Positions 20,419 through 29,060 of a DNA stretch of 64,000 nucleotides are shown piece after piece. How positions within the stretch are numbered: position 1 is the stretch's first letter; every line of letters begins with the position of its first letter. This DNA comes from an uncultured Pseudomonadales bacterium. GTDB taxonomy: Bacteria; Patescibacteriota; Microgenomatia; UBA1400; Chazhemtobacteraceae. A program made the translations under genes and the position numbers. Below the pieces are notes generated by a model. The model was given only the letters and a program-made list of their open reading frames with translations. It ran no database searches and had not been told where the DNA came from. The stretch is from assembly GCA_964618725.1 (NCBI GenBank), contig CAZUBK010000003.1, forward strand, positions 81,018 through 145,017, in the 5' to 3' direction.

Positions 20419-21441
20419 CTACCTCCCAAAAGTAAAGGCATAGGCCTCCAGGCCTTCACCGAAGAATAACTCCATTTCTCCTGTAACAAATTCCCCCTTA
20501 TACAAATTGTATAAATCCGCCTCCTTCACCTGCACCGTTTTGATCTCCTTTCCATCCACCAATACTCTCACTGTGTTATTTCCGCTTCCCGGATGTAATA
20601 CCAAGTTTACTTCTCCTCCAGTAAACTTGTATTTTAATTTCGCATTCTTCCCCGCCAAAGCAAACTCGGCATTTACTTTCCATTCGCCAGACAAATAGGC
20701 TAAGTTCCCCATCAATCCTCCTTTGATTACATACTCTTTCATCACGTCAGGCCCAATTTGCTCCCCATTACCAAATCTGCCCCTCTCCCATCCCAGATAT
20801 GTCTCCGGACTTACTCCTCCCCTCCTCCCTTCTCCCGTCTCTTCTGTTATCTCCATTCCAGACAGATCATAACCAAGCTTCACCAATTCATTCCTGATTA
20901 TCTTTTCTGTCTCTTCATATGCCCCCTCACCAAAGTGGGTATAGACGATCTTCCCTCCTCCTCTTTCGCTTGGCACTACTAAATACTTCGCTGGCCAATA
21001 GTGATTAGCATATGCACGCCAGATCTTCATCTCACTATCTAGTACCACCGGCCAACCCACTCCATATTTTGCTACCGCCGACGTAACATTCTCTTTTTTC
21101 TTTTCAAACTCAAACTCAGGACTATGTACCCCCACTATCACCAGTCCCTTCTCCTTGTACTTTTCCCACCACTGTTTAAGGTAGGGAATTGTTCTCTGAC
21201 AATTAATGCAAGAATATGTCCAGAAATCCACCAATATCACCTTTTTCTCCTCCATCAACTGCCTAAGGTCTAATGCCTCACTATTTATCCACTCTTCTCC
21301 TCCCTCAAATCCCGGTGCCCTCATCTCTCCCATGATTATCGATTTTGGAGATACTTGCAACCCTCCTTTTTTCTCAACTACATATTGGTACGTCACAGCT
21401 CCCACAAATACAACAATCAATCCATAAAATAACCACTTCAT
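20419..21441 (-). CDS. DipZ-like redoxin (thioredoxin fold plus C-terminal beta domain)
   Basis: DFWTYSCINC, GVHSPEF, NHYWPA, PETYLG, YAFTFG. Confidence 0.9.
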   Translation of the reverse strand: MKWLFYGLIVVFVGAVTYQYVVEKKGGLQVSPKSIIMGEMRAPGFEGGEEWINSEALDLRQLMEEKKVILVDFWTYSCINCQRTIPYLKQWWEKYKEKGLVIVGVHSPEFEFEKKKENVTSAVAKYGVGWPVVLDSEMKIWRAYANHYWPAKYLVVPSERGGGKIVYTHFGEGAYEETEKIIRNELVKLGYDLSGMEITEETGEGRRGGVSPETYLGWERGRFGNGEQIGPDVMKEYVIKGGLMGNLAYLSGEWKVNAEFALAGKNAKLKYKFTGGEVNLVLHPGSGNNTVRVLVDGKEIKTVQVKEADLYNLYKGEFVTGEMELFFGEGLEAYAFTFGR

Positions 21442-21469
21442 AATTTATTCTACCAATGATCCATCTTCA

Positions 21470-21772
21470 TCAATCCAGCCCCAGTTCTGCCCTCATCTCC
21501 TCCGTTATCAACTCCACCGTCCAGGGTGGATCCCAAACCAACTTAAGTTCTATTTCTTCCACCCCCTCAATTGCGGATATCTCCGACTTCACCAACTGGT
21601 CAATTATCGGCGCCAATGGACATCCCGAGCTTGTTAGCGTCATTTCCACTATCACATCTCCCCCCTCTATTTTCACTCTATAAATCAACCCCAAGTCCAC
21701 AATGTTAATCCCGAGCTCGGGATCAATCACTTTTCTCAATGCTTGCCACACTTGCTCTTCGTGCACGGTCAT
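21470..21772 (-). CDS. SufT/DUF59 Fe-S assembly protein
   Basis: VIDPELGINIVDLGLIY, TLTSSGCP, VWDPPW; start chosen at MTVHE. Confidence 0.9.
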   Translation of the reverse strand: MTVHEEQVWQALRKVIDPELGINIVDLGLIYRVKIEGGDVIVEMTLTSSGCPLAPIIDQLVKSEISAIEGVEEIELKLVWDPPWTVELITEEMRAELGLD

Positions 21773-21794
21773 CCCCATATTGTACTGCACTCCG

Positions 21795-21974
21795 TTACCG
21801 GCTCACCTCCATATACACTGCCCAAGCTGCCAACAATATTCCCACTAGTATCCACTGAGTACTCGCCAGATACAAATCATATCCTAGTGCCCCAATAAAC
21901 GCCAATACTGCACAAAAAAGACTCAAGCTAAACAATACCAAAGCCATCGCCGGTTTATCTTTCCTTCTAATCAC
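21795..21974 (-). CDS. Small two-TM membrane protein (59 aa)
   Basis: GTG start after AAGGAGGTGA; MIRRKDKPAMALVLFSLSLFCAVLAFIGALGYDLYLASTQWILVGILLAAWAVYMEVSR; not in the ORF track. Confidence 0.72.
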   Translation of the reverse strand: MIRRKDKPAMALVLFSLSLFCAVLAFIGALGYDLYLASTQWILVGILLAAWAVYMEVSR

Positions 21975-22030
21975 TTTTGTTCACCTCCTTTCTCCATCAT
22001 CTATGCTAATTGTACTATTCGTGTTTCAGT

Positions 22031-22202
22031 CCGAGATAATAGGCAACAAATTTCTTGAAGCGTGAGCGTTAAATGAAAAATGACTGAATACCTCTAAAAA
22101 AGTGAGCATGCAAGCTGAACCTGAAGAAGCATTGTCCTGCGAACATAACATGAAGTCGTTTTGAATAGTGAACCTGAAATGAAATCTTTGCCTACTATTC
22201 GG
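22031..22202. other. Structured non-coding element with imperfect terminal inverted repeats (ncRNA or MITE-like)
   Basis: CCGAGATAATAGGCAACAAATTTC pairs with GAAATCTTTGCCTACTATTCGG; inner AAAATGAC/GTCGTTTT pair; recurring GTGAGC/TGAAC motifs. Confidence 0.55.
22044..22082 (+). repeat. Dispersed 39-bp repeat, copy 1 (copy 2 at 46798-46836)
   Basis: CAACAAATTTCTTGAAGCGTGAGCGTTAAATGAAAAATG; 36/39 identical to copy 2. Confidence 0.8.
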
Positions 22203-22205
22203 TAA

Positions 22206-22466
22206 CTACTTTGGCCACACCTTTTCCCCTGTCGTTGTATCAATCACCTCAATGGCTCCCGTCGGACAACTCTGAGCCGCCAACATCTTCTCCTGATCAT
22301 TATTCCCGTCCTGACTTATCACCTCCGCCTTATTCTCCTGATTAAGTAAAAAAGTCTTTACCGCCACTGCCACACACGAAGCCGCCCCAATGCACTTCTC
22401 CACATCAACTTTCACTTGATATTTAGTCGTTACTGGCTTTCCTTCTGACCCCGCTGTGTATGTCAT
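22206..22466 (-). CDS. Single-cluster ferredoxin (3Fe-4S type)
   Basis: CIGAASC...CPTGAI. Confidence 0.9.
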   Translation of the reverse strand: MTYTAGSEGKPVTTKYQVKVDVEKCIGAASCVAVAVKTFLLNQENKAEVISQDGNNDQEKMLAAQSCPTGAIEVIDTTTGEKVWPK

Positions 22467-22564
22467 TTTTCCAATATATCATAAGGCCCGCTAGAATTAA
22501 TCTTTCCTGTATTCTCGCTTACTGTCATATATTATGCATCTCAATGTATCATTACACACTATAC

Positions 22565-23527
22565 CTATCTCGTCTTAAATATATCCAACAACCGTCTTCT
22601 GATTCGCTCAACCTGGCCACCATCGACTACTTCTGACCTTTTAGTTATTTCCGCTTCTTCAGCCATCATTTCCACAAAACTATTCCATTGTTCTGAAGAC
22701 ACCGAGAAGTTGCATCTCTTGTTGATCTTTTCACTGACCCCCTCATAAGAAAAATCACCTTTCTTGGATTTCACAATAAACGTATGTTCCTTAAACATTC
22801 CCAAAGGTCTACCACTGATCAATTCAAAAATGTCTTTAAGGTAATACCAGGCATCAACATTTCTTTGCGGACTATCTTGTTCCTCAGAATAGCCCAGGTC
22901 AACAATCTTCACATCTCCTTCGTTGCTATACATAATGTTCCCTGGATGCAAGTCCTGATGAGCAAGACCCTTACTTTGCAAATAAGACAAACCCCTACCT
23001 ACACCGTCAATCAAATTTATCAACTCATCCTGACATAACTGCCGATGACCACTACCGATTTCATTGAGCACATCATTAAGACTACCTCCACCAACCTCAC
23101 GCATAATTATTACTCCCTTCGGCCCCTGATTTGCTAAAAAGTCATAAACTGTCACCACATTTGGATGCTCGATTCTAGCCAGTTTTCTCGCTTCTTTAGC
23201 TAGATTTGTATACCCATGTTTATCAATCTTGGCCACTATCGCAACCCCCAAGTCAGAACATCCACGATGTAATCCTACTGGACCTCCTTCCCTAATCGTA
23301 TTGCTATCTAGAAGATATTTAGGCCTTTCTCTTTTAATCACCATTCCCTCTGGATCTTCTTGAAAAAAAGCCATTACTGTTGGTTCTAAATACTCACCAG
23401 TAGTGATTCTCCTCTGTTCATCCTGATAAATCTTCAGTAGTTTTTCATATCCATCTTCCCTCTCTGCCTCTTTTATCTCTATGCCTGAAACTTCATTAGA
23501 AATACTCACATTAATAGAACTTCTCAA
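22565..23527 (-). CDS. Hanks-type Ser/Thr protein kinase
   Basis: VAK, E, HPNVV, HQDLHPGNI, IVDLG. Confidence 0.82.
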   Translation of the reverse strand: MRSSINVSISNEVSGIEIKEAEREDGYEKLLKIYQDEQRRITTGEYLEPTVMAFFQEDPEGMVIKRERPKYLLDSNTIREGGPVGLHRGCSDLGVAIVAKIDKHGYTNLAKEARKLARIEHPNVVTVYDFLANQGPKGVIIMREVGGGSLNDVLNEIGSGHRQLCQDELINLIDGVGRGLSYLQSKGLAHQDLHPGNIMYSNEGDVKIVDLGYSEEQDSPQRNVDAWYYLKDIFELISGRPLGMFKEHTFIVKSKKGDFSYEGVSEKINKRCNFSVSSEQWNSFVEMMAEEAEITKRSEVVDGGQVERIRRRLLDIFKTR

Positions 23528-24245
23528 AATAGATTTTCTCTTTTTCTATTCCTTTTGTCTGAAGTAGTGCTGCCACATCTAACACCATCTTTTGGCTTCC
23601 ACACAAGTATGCCTCCCAGCCACTCCAATTCTCTCCATGTCCCACCAAACAATCCTGCACGTGTCCCCGACAGTTGGCCCACTTCTCACTTGGCTGCGAC
23701 ATCACCACATCATATGAAAAATTTGGGAATCTTGCCTTCAAGTCATCTAACTCCTCCATCATAAACAACTCATCATCTGATCTCATCCCCCAATGCAGTC
23801 TCAGTAAACCTTTAAATCCCTTTGTCTCAAGTAAATCATGAATCATACTTCTGAGTGGCACTACCCCAGATCCCGTACCAACAAACAACAGTTTTCTTTC
23901 CTCACTCAAGTCTCCCTGATCAGCTATTACAAATCTTCCCATCACTCCCATTACCTCTATCTCTTGCCCCACTTCCAAACCAAACAAATATCCTGAACCA
24001 AGCCCGCCTGGCTTGACGTCAAAAATCAGTTCCAACTTCTCAGTTTGGTTTACCCCGTGCGAAGCTGTACGGGGCCAAGACGCCAGTGAGTAACTCCGCC
24101 TTTCTCCGCCATCCGCTACTAAAATACTTATATACTGCCCCGCTATATATTCAAACCCCTCTGGTTTGACGAACTTAATCGACCAAAACTTACCCACCAG
24201 GTTCTTTTTCTCGATTACTCTTAATTTAAAGCTTTGTACTGCCAT
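23511..24245 (-). CDS. FAD/NAD-binding oxidoreductase (ferredoxin reductase family)
   Basis: AGQY, RSYSLAS, GGLGS, GTGSGVVP, YLCG, EKFY. Confidence 0.9.
   Translation of the reverse strand: MAVQSFKLRVIEKKNLVGKFWSIKFVKPEGFEYIAGQYISILVADGGERRSYSLASWPRTASHGVNQTEKLELIFDVKPGGLGSGYLFGLEVGQEIEVMGVMGRFVIADQGDLSEERKLLFVGTGSGVVPLRSMIHDLLETKGFKGLLRLHWGMRSDDELFMMEELDDLKARFPNFSYDVVMSQPSEKWANCRGHVQDCLVGHGENWSGWEAYLCGSQKMVLDVAALLQTKGIEKEKIYFEKFY
24053..24074. repeat. 22-bp hairpin repeat inside a CDS, copy 1
   Basis: CCCCGTGC-GAAGCT-GTACGGGG; related copy at 25428-25449. Confidence 0.6.
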
Positions 24246-24274
24246 CGCCTTGATCATACATCGCTCAAGGCCAT

Positions 24275-24303
24275 AAAAAAAGCGTCCCGATTATCGGGAC
24301 GCT
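24275..24303 (-). terminator. Intrinsic terminator
   Basis: AGCGTCCCGAT-t-ATCGGGACGCT with a T tail on the minus strand. Confidence 0.75.
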
Positions 24304-24312
24304 CCAAAAAAA

Positions 24313-24636
24313 CTATTTGTCCTCAAGCCGAGAAGGTCTCTCGTCAAATGTCGTGAACTGGTTCTTTCTGAAAGACACTTTGTCGTCCCACAAGCCCATT
24401 TCAGTAAATGCCTCAAAAAGGAATTCTATCTGATCCACTTCACCCTCAGCTGTTACAAGTACCATAGTACCCTGACTGCACCAGCCAAACGAGTCGAGTA
24501 ATGGCGCAGGAGGTTCCCATATCTTCAAGAAACCAAGTTCTTTCATCCTTGCCACAATCTCACCCTGTCGTTCTCCCGGAACAATCACCTGCACATATTT
24601 CATTACTTGCCTCCCTAAAGCTAACTTTTCAAACAA
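24313..24636 (-). CDS. Hypothetical protein (orphan insertion)
   Basis: 107-aa ORF with own terminator; true start may be MKYVQV at 24603 (GGGAGG RBS). Confidence 0.6.
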   Translation of the reverse strand: MFEKLALGRQVMKYVQVIVPGERQGEIVARMKELGFLKIWEPPAPLLDSFGWCSQGTMVLVTAEGEVDQIEFLFEAFTEMGLWDDKVSFRKNQFTTFDERPSRLEDK

Positions 24637-24646
24637 CCTATATATT

Positions 24647-25003
24647 CTAACTTACCAAAGATTTTATTGCAACCAGCGGCAACATTGCACACTTAATCCT
24701 CCCCGGTCCCACCTCGCCTACCAAAGAGAACACCTTCTTTTCATTCCATCCCTCCACCTCCTGCAAGGTCTCACCTTGCAAACACTCGCTTAACATACTC
24801 GCCGACGCCGTTGAAATAGCACATCCTTCTCCCCGCCATGCCACTTTCTCAATCACTCCACCTCCATTGACCTTCAAAAAAAATTCTACCTTGTCTCCAC
24901 ACGATGCATTCCCCTGAGATGCTTTATGCGTTGCATCCTTCATCTCCCCAAAATTGCGAGGGTATTTATAGTGATCTAGTATTTCTTCCTTGAGATCAAA
25001 CAT
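24647..25003 (-). CDS. sufU: SufU/IscU-type Fe-S scaffold protein
   Basis: ILDHYKYPRNFG, NASCGD, GCAISTASAS, RIKCA. Confidence 0.9.
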   Translation of the reverse strand: MFDLKEEILDHYKYPRNFGEMKDATHKASQGNASCGDKVEFFLKVNGGGVIEKVAWRGEGCAISTASASMLSECLQGETLQEVEGWNEKKVFSLVGEVGPGRIKCAMLPLVAIKSLVS

Positions 25004-25173
25004 ATGTAGGATAGTTATATTTCGGAAAGTAGTGGAACCGCAATGAAATGAGGACCACTAGCGACGAAATATAAGAGGAAGCACAGCGAAGAAGGGAAAA
25101 TATCGAAAGATATTCCTTCATAGCGAGCAAGCTCTTATAGTGATCTAGAATTTCCTCCTTCAGATCAAACATA
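24966..25173. repeat. 39-bp direct repeat (24966-25004 and 25135-25173) flanking a structured ~130-bp insert
   Basis: 36/39 identical; both copies encode MFDLKEEILDHYK; the insert has stems 25015-24/25065-74, 25030-35/25055-60 and 25091-25119 with a GAAA loop. Confidence 0.85.
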
Positions 25174-25179
25174 GAAAAT

Positions 25180-26478
25180 CTACATTCTAAATACCTTTCT
25201 AATCTCTTCTATTTTCTCAAACATGAAATCGATCTCCTCTTTAGTTGTGTAGATATAAAAGCTTGCCCTTGTCGTTGCCATCACCCCCAAGCGTTCCGTA
25301 ATCGGCGCCCCACAGTGTTGCCCACTTCTCACCGCAATCCCAAAGCTATCCAGAATCTGTGCGCTATCATGTGCATGCACTCCTGTCACATTAAATGTAA
25401 ATACTCCCCCCCGATCAACTTGGCTTGCCCCGTGCGAAGTCATACGGGAACCATAAATCGTAATCCACCCCTTCTTCTCTAGCTCTCCCCCTTTCTCCAA
25501 TGCATATTCTATTAATTTCCGTTCATGTTGCCAGACATTCTCCATTCCCAAACTACTCAAATAGTCCACGGCTGCCCCTAGCCCAATCATTCCCTCTATA
25601 TGCGGTGTCCCCGCCTCAAACTTCCAGGGCAACTCATTCCACTTACTTTCTCCCCACTTCACCTCGGAAATCATATCCCCGCCATACATAAACGGGTCCA
25701 TCTCTTCCAAGACCTCCTGCTTCCCCCACAATACTCCGATTCCCGTTGGTCCTAGCATCTTATGTCCCGAAAAAACCATAAAATCACACTTAAGTTTCTT
25801 TACCTCTACTGGCATATATGGAACCGCTTGGCTCGCATCAACTAAAAACAAGGCGCTACCAACTAATTTCTTTTTCATCTCGTATACCCTCTCCAGATCA
25901 TTTACCGTTCCCAAAACATTACTTACTTGTGTCAATGCCAGCATCTTGACTTTTTCATCCAATAAAACTTCCAACGACCCTACTACCACTCCCTCAACTT
26001 GATGTCTTTCCTCTCCCCTCATTACCAATCTCCCTTGTTCATCAACGTTAATCACTCGAAGCTCCGCCCCTTTCTTTTTGCACAACATCTGCCAAGTCAC
26101 CAAGTTGCTGTGATGTTCCTGATATCCCACTACCACCGCATCTCCTTTAGAGATATTCTTCTCTCCCCACGAATACATCACCAGGTTAATGGCTTCAGAT
26201 GCATTCCGAACAAAAATGACCTCCTTCTCACTAGAAGCGCCAATAAATTCTGCTATTTTTTTTCTCGCCCCTTCTGACATTGCCGTTGCCTCCTCACTTA
26301 AAACATGAATTCCTCTATGAACATTGGCATTGTGATTTTCGTAGTAATCAACCAACGACTCAATCACTTGTCTTGGCTTTTGACTCGTCGCCGCATTGTC
26401 CAGATACACTAGCGGGTGCCCATTGACTTTTCTCCTTAAAATCGGAAAATCCTCTCTAATTTTTGCCACATCAAACAT
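25180..26478 (-). CDS. sufS: SufS cysteine desulfurase
   Basis: YLDNAATSQKP, NVHRG, EHHSN, SGHKMLGPTG, FEAGTP, VRSGQHC. Confidence 0.95.
   Translation of the reverse strand: MFDVAKIREDFPILRRKVNGHPLVYLDNAATSQKPRQVIESLVDYYENHNANVHRGIHVLSEEATAMSEGARKKIAEFIGASSEKEVIFVRNASEAINLVMYSWGEKNISKGDAVVVGYQEHHSNLVTWQMLCKKKGAELRVINVDEQGRLVMRGEERHQVEGVVVGSLEVLLDEKVKMLALTQVSNVLGTVNDLERVYEMKKKLVGSALFLVDASQAVPYMPVEVKKLKCDFMVFSGHKMLGPTGIGVLWGKQEVLEEMDPFMYGGDMISEVKWGESKWNELPWKFEAGTPHIEGMIGLGAAVDYLSSLGMENVWQHERKLIEYALEKGGELEKKGWITIYGSRMTSHGASQVDRGGVFTFNVTGVHAHDSAQILDSFGIAVRSGQHCGAPITERLGVMATTRASFYIYTTKEEIDFMFEKIEEIRKVFRM
25428..25449. repeat. 22-bp hairpin repeat inside a CDS, copy 2
   Basis: CCCCGTGCGAAGTCATACGGGA; first 12 nt identical to copy 1. 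Confidence 0.55.
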
Positions 26479-26542
26479 GGCTACATTCTACCCTTTCTCT
26501 CCAATACATGCACAAATCATCCTTTTATCATAAAATGTAATA

Positions 26543-26824
26543 ATGAAACACTTTGAGCTTACTCCAGACGAGAAACAAGTCACTAGTGATTTTGAAAAAA
26601 GCGCATTAACTCCTGCAAAAAATCAATCTAAACTGCGATATCAAAAATACGCCAAAAATACTTTGAATCCTCAAATCTATATTGTCACAATTTCTAAAAA
26701 TGGTGTTATTACTCTTCCCAAACCACTACGTGATTTCCTTAAGGTTCAGCCAGGTGACAAGTTAGTCTTAAAAAAGACCAAAACAGGAGTCATCGTAAAA
26801 AAGTTTACCTTGAAAAATTATTAG
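26543..26824 (+). CDS. AbrB/MazE-type DNA-binding protein (orphan antitoxin-like)
   Basis: VTISKNGVITLPKPLRDFLKVQPGDKL; TAAAAT 6 nt before ATG. Confidence 0.8.
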   Translation: MKHFELTPDEKQVTSDFEKSALTPAKNQSKLRYQKYAKNTLNPQIYIVTISKNGVITLPKPLRDFLKVQPGDKLVLKKTKTGVIVKKFTLKNY

Positions 26825-27288
26825 TCCTTCAAAAACCCATCCACAATTAACTCCTCCGATCCTCCTCTACTTAGCCCTCGGCTTTGCAAATAGAACAACT
26901 GTTCTTCATCTATTCTTCCCACCGTCGCCGCATGCGACGCTTTAACCTCATTTGCTTCTATCTCCAACCTCGGTTCCGCCACTGCACTGCTTTTATCATC
27001 CAATAACAGTAACCTCATCTCTAAAAAGTCATCTACTCCTTGTGCCTGTCTATCTATCTTAATCATTCCCGTTACCGCCACCCTCGCCCCGTTCTTAGCT
27101 ATTCCTTTTATACTCACTTTCCCGTATGTCTTGCCTACTTTGTGGTCAACTAACACGTCCACTATATAGTCTCCCTTCTCTCTGCCCAGTATCTTCCCCG
27201 ACAGCTCTATCTCCTCCCCCTCCTTCTCAAAAGGAATCGTAATCTTTTTTGTCCCTGGCTTGTCCAAAATGAATCTTTTTTTCGTCAT
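26821..27288 (-). CDS. sufD: Short SufD-like protein
   Basis: PRLEIEANEVKASHAATVGRIDEEQLFYLQSRG; only 155 aa. Confidence 0.85.
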   Translation of the reverse strand: MTKKRFILDKPGTKKITIPFEKEGEEIELSGKILGREKGDYIVDVLVDHKVGKTYGKVSIKGIAKNGARVAVTGMIKIDRQAQGVDDFLEMRLLLLDDKSSAVAEPRLEIEANEVKASHAATVGRIDEEQLFYLQSRGLSRGGSEELIVDGFLKD

Positions 27289-27291
27289 AGA

Positions 27292-28722
27292 TTATCCTAC
27301 TGATCCCTCCATTTCTAATTCCACCAATCGATTCATCTCCACCGCATACTCCATCGGAATGTATTTCACGATTGGCTCCAAAAATCCATTCACAATCATC
27401 GCCTCTGCTTTATGTTCAGTAAGTCCCCGAGACATTAGATAAAATAACTGATCTTCTCCCACTTTACTCACCGTTGCCTCGTGTTCCAGTGTCACCCTGT
27501 TTTCCAATATCCTATTTGTCGGATACGTATCCGACCGACTCTTATCATCTAAGATCAGAGCATCACACACCACCTTACTCCGACTATTCATCGCTCCCTT
27601 GTTTATCTGCACCAACCCCCGGTAGGTTGCCCTCCCCCCTCCCTTACTAATTGATTTTGAAATTATCTGCGATGTCGTCTCCGGCGCCAAATGAATCATT
27701 TTTGCTCCCGTATCCTGGTGCTGTCCCGCCCCCGCCATCGCAATAGATAATGTCTCTCCTTTAGCTTTTCTGCCCGCCAAAATACACGAAGGGTACTTCA
27801 TTGTCAGTCTTGACCCGATATTGGAATCTAGCCACAACATCTCTCCCTCTTCTTCCACTCTTGCACGCTTTGTCACCAGGTTGTATACATTCCGATACCA
27901 ATTCTGAACCGTTGTGTATTGCACTCTTGCTCCCCTCTTCACCACTATCTCTACCACTGCCGAGTGTAACGACCCTGAAGAATATACAGGGGCTGAACAC
28001 CCCTCCTGATAATGCACCCTTGCCCCTTCTTCTACCACAATTAACGTCCTCTCAAATTGTCCTGCATTTTCCGAATTAATCCGGAAGTATGCCTGCAGGG
28101 GCAAGCCCACTTCCACTCCTTTTGGCACATAAACAAAACTCCCCCCACTCCATACTGCGCTGTTCAGCGCCGCCAACTTATTATCTCCCATCGGGATCAC
28201 CTTGCCGAAATATTCCTTCACAATTTCCGGATACTGCGTCAATCCTTCATCCATACTCAAAAACACCACCCCCTTCTTAGCCAACGATTCCTTCAGCGAC
28301 CCGTAGATAACTTCTGAATCAAACTGTCCCTTTACTCCAGCCAACATCTCCTTCTCTGCCTCCGGTACTCCAATCTTGTCAAATGTCTCTTTAATGCTTT
28401 TCGGCACATCCGCCCAGCTCTTGGCCGGCTTCATTGCCGGCCGAAGATAATAGTGGATGTTATCAAACTTTATCTCCCCTATATCCCCTCCCCACAACGG
28501 AATTGTCATCGCATTGAATCGCTTTAACGCCTCAAGCCTATATTCAAGCATCCACGAAGGCTCACTCTTTTGCCCCGACAAATTCCTCACCACCGCCTCA
28601 GACAAACCCTTCCCCGATTTATATGCGTATTCCACCTCGTCATGGTGTCCTAAAAAATAGTTATCCCCCACAGTAGATATATCTTCACCCCTCTGTCCTT
28701 GAATCGCTGCAAATCTAGTCAT
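27292..28722 (-). CDS. sufB: Fe-S cluster assembly protein SufB
   Basis: GQFERTLI, EGCSAP, LHSAVVE, TMKYPSC, EHEATVSK; probable start MTRFAA at 28722. Confidence 0.95.
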   Translation of the reverse strand: MTRFAAIQGQRGEDISTVGDNYFLGHHDEVEYAYKSGKGLSEAVVRNLSGQKSEPSWMLEYRLEALKRFNAMTIPLWGGDIGEIKFDNIHYYLRPAMKPAKSWADVPKSIKETFDKIGVPEAEKEMLAGVKGQFDSEVIYGSLKESLAKKGVVFLSMDEGLTQYPEIVKEYFGKVIPMGDNKLAALNSAVWSGGSFVYVPKGVEVGLPLQAYFRINSENAGQFERTLIVVEEGARVHYQEGCSAPVYSSGSLHSAVVEIVVKRGARVQYTTVQNWYRNVYNLVTKRARVEEEGEMLWLDSNIGSRLTMKYPSCILAGRKAKGETLSIAMAGAGQHQDTGAKMIHLAPETTSQIISKSISKGGGRATYRGLVQINKGAMNSRSKVVCDALILDDKSRSDTYPTNRILENRVTLEHEATVSKVGEDQLFYLMSRGLTEHKAEAMIVNGFLEPIVKYIPMEYAVEMNRLVELEMEGSVG

Positions 28723-29059
28723 CTCTTTTCTTCTTCTCCAACAACTCCTCATAGCCAGCTTCTCTCATGGCTCCCAACGAAGGATCACTTTTGACTAACT
28801 TGCGAACCCACTCCATACCTTCTCGTTCTTGTTTGTATTTTTCAATTAAGGTTTTGGCAATCCTTCGATTTTCCTCCGGAGAAGCTAAGAATTCCATATC
28901 AATAGCCATATTTATTCCAAACAAATCATTCTTCACCTCCTGCTCAACCACATCTACTCCTTCCATTACAGTTGCGCCTGGTCCTCTATGTCCTCGATTC
29001 CATCCTCTCAGATTCCTAACAAAGTCACTAAAACTAAACTCGGTTTGTACTTCTGTCAT
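28715..29059 (-). CDS. Hypothetical protein inserted between sufC and sufB
   Basis: 114 aa; starts 1 nt after the sufC stop, and its stop overlaps the sufB start. Confidence 0.65.
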   Translation of the reverse strand: MTEVQTEFSFSDFVRNLRGWNRGHRGPGATVMEGVDVVEQEVKNDLFGINMAIDMEFLASPEENRRIAKTLIEKYKQEREGMEWVRKLVKSDPSLGAMREAGYEELLEKKKRDD

Positions 29060-29060
29060 C

